Source of the DNA: Klebsiella pneumoniae | GTDB lineage: Bacteria; Pseudomonadota; Gammaproteobacteria; Pseudomonadales; CAMAPQ01 | NCBI GenBank assembly: GCA_945860125.1 | Contig: CAMAPQ010000002.1 | Coordinates: 1 to 62,855 of the forward strand | DNA: 62,855 nt | Direction of reading: 5' to 3' | Shown here: in pieces, positions 36,301 to 42,512 of the stretch | Layout of the letters: every line of letters starts with the position of its first letter | How positions within the stretch are numbered: the stretch's first letter is position 1 | The notes under the pieces: generated by a model | Databases searched by the model: none | What the model was told of the DNA's origin: nothing | The model's input: the letters and a program-made list of their open reading frames with translations, nothing else | Translations under genes and position numbers: made by a program

Positions 36301-37097
36301 GGTATGGTAGAGAAATACTTGCATCACGCGTCATTGCGCTATTTCGAGTTGATAAGGATTGGACGCGCCAACACTTGCTACCGCTATTCAATTGGGAAAA
36401 TAGTGCTGAAGCAAAATCTGCATGGGAAGGGTTTTTATGGTCACCTCGCTTTCATTTTCCGCTACTCATTGAACTCAAAACTCACTTTCTTCATACAGCA
36501 GAAAAATATACAAAATTAGATAATAGGCATGGAGATTTTGGCCGTCAATATGCGGTATTTTTAACAAATTTTGCAATTCATTGGCCTAATATTTACTCTG
36601 ATCATGATTTTAAAACTGCGATAAGTCATTTACCTCTCAAAGGATCAGAAGAATCATTAGAAACTCTTGCACAATCATTAGAGAGTGCGCCAGTGGGAAC
36701 AAAAGAAGCCTTTTGGGAGAATCGTATCAAACCTTTCTATATAAAATTTTGGCCCAATAAATCAACAGAGTTTTTATCAGGAAAAAACTCACAATCTTTT
36801 GCTCGATTAATGATTGCATCAGGAAAAAAATTTCCAGATACTTTTTCTATGTTGAATAATTGGTTAATTCCAGTAGAAAATCCAAACTACGTTATTGATG
36901 AACTTGATCGTTCTGGATTGGCAAATCATTTTCCTCAGCAATCACTGGCATTGCTATGCAAAATCATTGACATTAAGTTCCGTTGGCCTTCGAAAGAGCT
37001 GCGCACCTGTTTAGATAGTATTCAGGAAAAAGGTTTTGGTACAGATGTTCAATATCAACATCTAAATACTTATTGGCGTAGCCTTGATAATCATTAG
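33360..37097 (+). CDS. Large SIR2-domain protein (N-terminal SIR2_2-type NADase-like domain plus about 950-aa unassigned helical region); candidate single-gene defence protein
   Basis: VIFFCGAGISIPAGLPEF is the Rossmann GAGxS motif. LVTTNFDRIFE, GLVYLHGLL (catalytic-His position), SGDFGRAY and VCFVGYSINDP follow. The C-terminal approximately 950 aa are Trp/Leu-rich with no motif I recognise. Confidence 0.75.
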   Translation: MQFLENGPDIPNELLNAHEEGKVIFFCGAGISIPAGLPEFKDLVKKIYEALGVDPSVIEQNFQNDKKYDVTLNLLEQRVPGGLVTVRKELLNVLKPNLRRKGAIDTHASLLKLAHSRQGLLKLVTTNFDRIFEHVIKQRKLPYRSYSAPMLPIPNNSWDGLVYLHGLLPDKHDDRVLNQLVVTSGDFGRAYLTERWAARFISELFRNYIVCFVGYSINDPIMHYMMDALAASRKTGDIQTEAYILTDCTINNEHNKKIEWEAKGVTPIFYKTPSEHDHSALHKTLKTWAATYSDGVTGKEYIVTEYAVTKPSASTKQDDFVGRMIWALSDATGLPAKFFANYNPVPSLEWLEDLSKKFFQNMSVVSHVSEEKKWDAVMPHLAHWLTRHLNDPDLIVWLNNRGGRLHAEFARQINVQINRLTELMLNEQTDELKEIQKNAPNAIPNSPMLKTWHLLLAGQITSASNKVDLYFLEHWIKRGVSISFRLQLRSLLAPKVKLKSGVIFSEENNSEPTEIPEHIHQIFNVELILAHNHARSVLNNLNKYDHKSWCHVLPELFEEFQQLLRDALDLFCELGRANDKNDPSYRAQPSISKHYQNQNFDEWTALIEWVRDAWLAILPINPERVVQIAQAWYELPYPTFKRLALFAASQDNRISPDQWVDWLLVDHAWCLWSYQTKRETMRLLVLRGCHLMPQILQKLEDIILLGPPHDMFLEGSSQDKVTAMMDYEVWLRLAKLNQGQCILSESALQKMDSLSAKNPGWKLSRHEKEEFSGWHTGSGAPDFDDYRQIDHVPRKRKEIVSWLKEQSIIKRRDPFYENTWIKTCRTRFFHCAYALCDLAKEEIFLPKYWEEAVGTWREDGKKLRSWRFCAPLIQQLPNLRLKEIEYDIALWLSDVSNSILINKHESIFFDLCQRILNFQSEKNDKAYSSLTIAINHSVGHITEALLNIWLKREPNDNDQLPDEIKRFFNMLCDTHEVESFRYGREILASRVIALFRVDKDWTRQHLLPLFNWENSAEAKSAWEGFLWSPRFHFPLLIELKTHFLHTAEKYTKLDNRHGDFGRQYAVFLTNFAIHWPNIYSDHDFKTAISHLPLKGSEESLETLAQSLESAPVGTKEAFWENRIKPFYIKFWPNKSTEFLSGKNSQSFARLMIASGKKFPDTFSMLNNWLIPVENPNYVIDELDRSGLANHFPQQSLALLCKIIDIKFRWPSKELRTCLDSIQEKGFGTDVQYQHLNTYWRSLDNH

Positions 37098-37208
37098 TTT
37101 TGAGAGTTATTTGTACACGCGGGAAGGAATATAGAAACAAGTTAGATTTCTCACTGCTAGGCAGCAAGCAAAGCCTGATTAGCGTTATCTTAATATGCGT
37201 TCAACTCA

Positions 37209-37233
37209 ATTGTCTCCGCATTGCGGAGACAAT
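37209..37233. repeat. Perfect 25-bp palindrome at the truncation point of the hsdR fragment
   Basis: attgtctccgca-t-tgcggagacaat: 12-bp arms around a single central base. Confidence 0.85.
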
Positions 37234-37413
37234 GTTGATATCAGCAGACTTCACCGTTTTGCGAGCACCCATATTGCCACGCACAATGACCTTGCCGTCA
37301 CGTAGTTTCACTTCTTGACGTAATTGGGTCATAGAATCCCAGCCTGCGGCTTCTATCGCAGGAAGAATAAACTTGGTGATGATGTCCGTTTCGGTTAACC
37401 GCTTTTTATCCAT
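37228..37413 (-). pseudogene. hsdR: N-terminal fragment (about 62 codons) of a second, different type I restriction R subunit
   Basis: [62 protein letters not shown] matches the HsdR N-terminal nuclease-domain start (..L.E.D...KFI.PAL..AGWD...I.EE..FT.GRI.VRG). No helicase body follows. Confidence 0.6.
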
Positions 37414-37492
37414 TTATAACTAACCTATTTAATACATAATGGGCACACCAACTTCAATCATATGCCTGTTCTTTAAATTGCAGGGGGTAACC

Positions 37493-37602
37493 TACAGCGT
37501 TGCATACTAGCAACATCATTATTAAACACAAGAGGGTGTTCAAAGTAGAAATTAAAATAAAGACTTTTAGCGTGAAGAAAAATGATACGGTTGATTTAGA
37601 TA
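37493..37602 (+). pseudogene. Degenerate duplicate of the ppk2 upstream region plus first about 20 codons (direct repeat R2 copy B)
   Basis: tacagcgttgcatactagcaacatcattattaaacacaagagggtgttcaaagtagaaattaaaataaagacttttagcgtgaagaaaaatgatacggttgatttagatag aligns with 31711-31821 at roughly 85% identity by eye. The ATG is mutated (aaaATGgaa to aaaGTAgaa). Confidence 0.75.
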
Positions 37603-37727
37603 GTTTAGTGAATTAAGTTAAGCTGCTCATTATTTGAATTAATTAGTTTTTCTGAGCTATGTGAATTATGTGAATGATGCTTTTTGCATTCAAAATTGTA
37701 GAACTGAATCTGATCCTCAATTTCTGT

Positions 37728-38084
37728 TCATGCTTTTGTCGTGCTCACCCATACTTCATGACCTTCTTGTTTCACTTGAAAGCATTGAATTATCACTTCT
37801 GGCTTCTCAAGGCAGGCACCCGTTTCAAGACAAAAATGTTGTTTATAAATAGGGGAGGCAACGACCGTTTTCCCTTTTAAATCGCCCGTTATACCGCGAT
37901 ATAATACATTTGCTTGGCTGAAAGGATCGAAATTATCAATAGCGTATAACGCATCATTTTCTAACCGAAAAATTGCCACTTGTTTATTATTCACTAAGGC
38001 ACAGGCGCCTGTTGAGGGAACAATATCCTGCAAATTACAAGCATAAACCCAATCTAACGATTTTTCTTTTTGCATGACATTCAA
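37728..38084 (-). CDS. nirD: Nitrite reductase [NAD(P)H] small subunit
   Basis: DIVPSTGACALVNNKQVAIFRLEN..LYAIDNFDPFSQANVLYRGITGDLKGKTVVASPIYKQHFCLETGAC parallels E. coli NirD. Confidence 0.88.
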   Translation of the reverse strand: MNVMQKEKSLDWVYACNLQDIVPSTGACALVNNKQVAIFRLENDALYAIDNFDPFSQANVLYRGITGDLKGKTVVASPIYKQHFCLETGACLEKPEVIIQCFQVKQEGHEVWVSTTKA

Positions 38085-38108
38085 TTTCCTATCTTATTTA
38101 TTTCAAGA

Positions 38109-40670
38109 TCAAATAACGCTTAATACATTCATTCTTTCGTGTGATTTTGCAGGACGAATTTGGCCGCGCTCTTTAACAAATACAATGTTGCTATCGGTCT
38201 GATTACTATTCACAAAATGTTTAAAGCGTTTTAATTTTTCAGGATTTTCAATAGCTGCTTTCCATTCACACTCATAGGTTGCAACAATATGCGCCATTTG
38301 TGCTTCTAGTGCTTCGCCTAGGTGAAGTGAGTCGTTACAGATCACTTCTTTAAGATAGTTTAAACCACCTTCGAGATTATCCAGCCATACTGAGGTGCGT
38401 TGTAAGCGATCAGCTGTTTTAATGTAAAACATAAAAAAGCGATCGATATAACGAATGAGTGTTTGTTTATCCAAATCAGAAGCCAGAAGATCAGCATGGC
38501 GTGGCTTCATTCCACCGTTGCCACACACGTATAAATTCCAGCCTTTTTCTGTGGCAATAATACCGACATCTTTACTTTGTGCTTCAGCGCATTCACGGGT
38601 ACAGCCAGATACCGCCATTTTTAGTTTATGAGGCGATCTTAACCCGCGATAACGATTCTCAACTTCGATAGCGAGCCCTACACTATCTTGCACGCCGTAG
38701 CGACACCAGCTATCACCTACACACGATTTAACCGTTCTGAGTGCTTTGCCGTAAGCATGACCGCTTTCAAAGCCTGCTTGGATAAGCTCTTTCCATATTG
38801 GTGGTAATTGTTCAACACGTGCGCCAAATAGATCAATTCTTTGGCCGCCGGTTATTTTGGTATATAGATTATATTTTTGCGCAACCACACCAATGGCGAT
38901 GAGTTTTTCAGGTGTAATTTCACCGCCTGGAATTCTCGGTACAACAGAATAACTACCATCTTTTTGTAGGTTGGCGAGAAAATAATCGTTTGTATCCTGT
39001 ATACCTGCGTGAGCTTTGCTTAAGACATGTTCATTCCATAGTGAGGCAAGAATTGAAGCAGTAGCGGGTTTGCAAATATCGCAGCCTTTTCCTTTGCCAT
39101 GTTTAGAAATAAGATCTTCAAAGGTTTTAATTTGCTCTAACTGAGCGAGGTGATAAAGCTGCTGTCTTGAGTAAGCAAAATGCTCGCAAATATCTTTTTT
39201 AACTTCGAGCCCCTGTTTTTCAAGCTCACGATCAAGAATTTGTTTAACAAGAGCGGCGCAACCACCACAGCTGGTGGCTGCTTTTGTGCAAGACTTTAAC
39301 TCGCTTAATTCTGTAACACCTGCGCTTATTTTTGAGCATAGTTCTGCTTTGCTTACGTTGTTACACGAGCAAATTTGTGCGCTATCTGGCAGATTATCAA
39401 CGCCCAATTTATTGCCTGAACCACCTTCTAAATCATCTGGCAAAATAAGTTGTAAAGGTTGTTTAGGAATCAACATTTTATTCAAAGCTAGTTGTAGCAA
39501 TGAACCATAATTTTCTGCATCGCCAATGAGGATGGCACCTAAGAGATTTTCGCCATTTTTATCAACGATAACTTTTTTATAAATGCCTTTTGCTTCATCT
39601 ATCACAGTATAACTTTTAGATTCGGGTGTTACGCCGTGCGCATCACCGATACTTGCAACATCCACCCCAAGTAGTTTGAGTTTCGTGCTCATGTCTGCAC
39701 CGAGAAATTCATTTTTTCCCTCGTGTAAGTGCTCAACAGCTACTTCTGCCATGCTAAAACCAGGTGCAACTAAGCCAAATATTTTCTCATTCCATAATGC
39801 GCATTCACCAATGGCATAGATGGAAGGATCGCTTGTTTGGCAATAGTTATTAATAACAATACCGCCTCTTTTGCCTATTTCAAGCCCACAGTTTTTAGCG
39901 ATATCATCGCGTGGACGAATACCGGCAGAGAAAAGAATAATATCCGCACTTAAAGAGGAGCCATCAGCAAAGACCATTTTATGGCGATGATTTTCATCAT
40001 CTTCTATTTTTAATGTATTTTTTTGTGTGTGAATTTTAACGCCTAAGGACTCTATTTTTTTGCGTAAAACATTGCCGCCTAAGTCATCAACCTGTACCGC
40101 CATAAGCCTAGGCGCAAACTCGACAACATGTGTTTCAAGCCCTAAATCTTTAAGCGCTTTAGCGGCTTCTAAACCAAGTAAGCCACCGCCGACGACGACA
40201 CCAATGCGGCTACCCTCACAAAGGGCAGATTCTTTAATCTGAATAAGATCTTCAATCGTGCGATAAACAAAAACATGAGGCCTATTATTGCCTTCAATGG
40301 GTGGCATGAAAGGGTAAGAGCCCGTAGCAAGAATCAGTGCGTCATAGGTTACACGTACGCCTGCTTCAGATAACACTTCTTTCTTTTCTCGATCAATATG
40401 CGCTACTTTATCGTTTAAATGAAAACCAATGCCCCATTCTTGATAAGTTTCAAGACTCGCTAGCTGTAATTCGGTTGCCGTTTTATCGCTAAAAAAAGCA
40501 GATAACTTAACGCGATCATAAGCGGTACGTGGTTCTTCACAAAAGCAGCGAATATCAAATTGCGTCTGTGTATCTTTCTGAATAATCTTCTCAAGAAATT
40601 TATGTCCAACCATACCATTGCCAACAACAACAATTTTTTTCTTTTGAGGGAAAAAGGAGGCGTGATTCAT
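38109..40670 (-). CDS. nirB: Nitrite reductase [NAD(P)H] large subunit
   Basis: KKIVVVGNGMVGHKF is the FAD-binding start, and a second Rossmann fold is VVGGGLLGLEAA. The BFD-like [2Fe-2S] region has CSCNNVS..., and the sirohaem/4Fe-4S cysteine cluster is SCVGDSWCRYG...VSGCTRECAEA. Confidence 0.92.
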   Translation of the reverse strand: MNHASFFPQKKKIVVVGNGMVGHKFLEKIIQKDTQTQFDIRCFCEEPRTAYDRVKLSAFFSDKTATELQLASLETYQEWGIGFHLNDKVAHIDREKKEVLSEAGVRVTYDALILATGSYPFMPPIEGNNRPHVFVYRTIEDLIQIKESALCEGSRIGVVVGGGLLGLEAAKALKDLGLETHVVEFAPRLMAVQVDDLGGNVLRKKIESLGVKIHTQKNTLKIEDDENHRHKMVFADGSSLSADIILFSAGIRPRDDIAKNCGLEIGKRGGIVINNYCQTSDPSIYAIGECALWNEKIFGLVAPGFSMAEVAVEHLHEGKNEFLGADMSTKLKLLGVDVASIGDAHGVTPESKSYTVIDEAKGIYKKVIVDKNGENLLGAILIGDAENYGSLLQLALNKMLIPKQPLQLILPDDLEGGSGNKLGVDNLPDSAQICSCNNVSKAELCSKISAGVTELSELKSCTKAATSCGGCAALVKQILDRELEKQGLEVKKDICEHFAYSRQQLYHLAQLEQIKTFEDLISKHGKGKGCDICKPATASILASLWNEHVLSKAHAGIQDTNDYFLANLQKDGSYSVVPRIPGGEITPEKLIAIGVVAQKYNLYTKITGGQRIDLFGARVEQLPPIWKELIQAGFESGHAYGKALRTVKSCVGDSWCRYGVQDSVGLAIEVENRYRGLRSPHKLKMAVSGCTRECAEAQSKDVGIIATEKGWNLYVCGNGGMKPRHADLLASDLDKQTLIRYIDRFFMFYIKTADRLQRTSVWLDNLEGGLNYLKEVICNDSLHLGEALEAQMAHIVATYECEWKAAIENPEKLKRFKHFVNSNQTDSNIVFVKERGQIRPAKSHERMNVLSVI

Positions 40671-40997
40671 AGTGATACCTATCGATAAAGCATAAAAAAA
40701 TATTGAATAAGTGCAGCGAATATTAAGTGTGTATAGGTTGTATTAGATAGAGCAGACGAGTGCTTTAAACTGCGCTCGTAGCTTTAAATCGCGCTTGTAA
40801 TAGTCGTGTTCGCAATTTTTGTGCCGTTGCATTTGTTTTTTTAAAACACGTGTTAAAAATACGTGCTTAATAAGCTTTTCCAGGTGCAACAATCTCTTGC
40901 GATAGGCAAAATTGATACCTATTAATTTTGTTGTAAGATCCAATACAGTGCAAGAAGATAAAGTTATGATCTTGTTCGGTGCAAGGTGCGGATGAAA

Positions 40998-42446
40998 TTA
41001 GGCCTGATAAATATAAAGTCCTTTAATATAGCTATCTAATGAATGATCAAGAATTGTTCGCGCTTCAAAACCAAATGCTTCTTGTTCTTTTAAGCTAAAG
41101 CGCTTAAGTTGATCGGCTTGTACTTTATAGCTGGGTGGTTTAATCCAGATCTCATTATTTTTTGAGAGATAGTGTTGGTTACCAATTGATTGATAAAAGA
41201 GTTTTGGTACGGGCGGCAAAAAAGGCACGAGATCAGAAAAGTGTTCAAAGCGAGCTGTTTTATCTTCTAATCCTGCTGATTGATAAAAATCAGCAGCACC
41301 TTGATCAAATACTTTAGGTGCGCCAAAACTAACCACTTTTTTAATGTCATAGCCTGTTTCATCGGCAAGTTCACAGGCGGCAAAATAGGCAAAAGCACCG
41401 CCCATTGAGTGACCTGTCAATGCAATATGTAAAGGCTCATTGCTTTCGCTTTCAATATCATCCAGTAAACTCATTAAATTACTTCGTACTTTATCAAAAG
41501 CTAATTTCATGCCTTTATGCACATTACCGCCGTAACTAGATATGTGGCATGCATCTAGATCAAGCAAAAAATCTTGAAACTTTGATGAGCCTCGAAAAGA
41601 AATAATGACGTCTTTTCCACGGTAAAAAATTAAACCACGACTACAGTCATCCTTAAAACCAAAACTTTTTATTTTAAAGCCACTCTCTAGTAACGTATCA
41701 CACCACAGTGGGAAGCAGCTTTCCATAGAATGTGTTGTATCAATGCACGCGTAAGCTATTTTAGAGAGCAAGGCTAAACCTAATGCTTTTTTATGATGAG
41801 GATCATCTTCAATATTATTCAGCACAAATTCATTCCAGTTAAACTCTCTTGCGATTTGCTTGGTAACTGTATTCCATGCTCTATCGTTTTTATGAAATTC
41901 ACTGAGTTGTTCCACTGAAAATGTTTTTAATAAAAGTTTTCTTTTAGCACTGGAAAGCTGCTGGATTTCTTTTAGCCATTCAGCGAGGTGATGTTCTTTT
42001 TCGGTATGAGGTAAGCTATCTGTATCCTGTAAGCAATAGGGTAGGTCGTCGTTTGTGTTATCACTATTTTTATTTTCTGTTTGCAGCTTTGAGATGAAAT
42101 ATTCGTTATCTTGCGTATTGTCTTGATTGTTTTTGCGTATGCTGTCTAGAGTATCTTCTTGGATAACAAACGGCCGAATAAAAGCAAGTCTTTTAAAGGC
42201 CTGTGGCGGTTGTCTGAATGTATCAAAATCATGATCGCTCATCTGAAAAGAGGAAGAAAAAGGCATACAAGGCCCTTCAAAAGAGAGGGCGGCAATTCTC
42301 CCTATGTGATGATTTTCTTGTGATGAACGCAGCCAATTTCCTGGAAAAGAAGACTGGAATCCACTGCAACCCCTACTATTAAATAGTACGGGGGGAGGAA
42401 TAAAAGCAGGTTGGTTTAAAGCAAGGCATGTATACGGTGTAATCAT
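40998..42446 (-). CDS. Class-3 (eukaryotic-type) lipase family protein
   Basis: IISFRGSSKFQDFLLDLD... and the nucleophile elbow LTGHSMGGAFAYFAA (GxSxG), followed by VSFGAPKV. The N-terminal approximately 230 aa are unassigned. Confidence 0.7.
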   Translation of the reverse strand: MITPYTCLALNQPAFIPPPVLFNSRGCSGFQSSFPGNWLRSSQENHHIGRIAALSFEGPCMPFSSSFQMSDHDFDTFRQPPQAFKRLAFIRPFVIQEDTLDSIRKNNQDNTQDNEYFISKLQTENKNSDNTNDDLPYCLQDTDSLPHTEKEHHLAEWLKEIQQLSSAKRKLLLKTFSVEQLSEFHKNDRAWNTVTKQIAREFNWNEFVLNNIEDDPHHKKALGLALLSKIAYACIDTTHSMESCFPLWCDTLLESGFKIKSFGFKDDCSRGLIFYRGKDVIISFRGSSKFQDFLLDLDACHISSYGGNVHKGMKLAFDKVRSNLMSLLDDIESESNEPLHIALTGHSMGGAFAYFAACELADETGYDIKKVVSFGAPKVFDQGAADFYQSAGLEDKTARFEHFSDLVPFLPPVPKLFYQSIGNQHYLSKNNEIWIKPPSYKVQADQLKRFSLKEQEAFGFEARTILDHSLDSYIKGLYIYQA

Positions 42447-42512
42447 TATTCATCCTGAAAAAAATGGTCACTTATTGCGCATGAAAGCATAGCTTTTATG
42501 TCGTTATTAGGG

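Noticed and set aside
37100-37318. 72-aa plus-strand ORF downstream of SIR2
   Set aside because: The opposite strand encodes a recognisable HsdR N-terminus over the same bases. The plus-strand ORF has no features.
37661-37880. Two overlapping plus-strand ORFs (63 and 68 aa)
   Set aside because: They are antisense to nirD, which has clear homology. They are likely AT-rich chance ORFs.
40743-40943. 66-aa minus-strand ORF between the lipase gene and nirB
   Set aside because: It has no Shine-Dalgarno or motif, is basic and low-complexity, and sits in what is probably the nirB promoter region. It is not excluded as a small protein, but it is unsupported.
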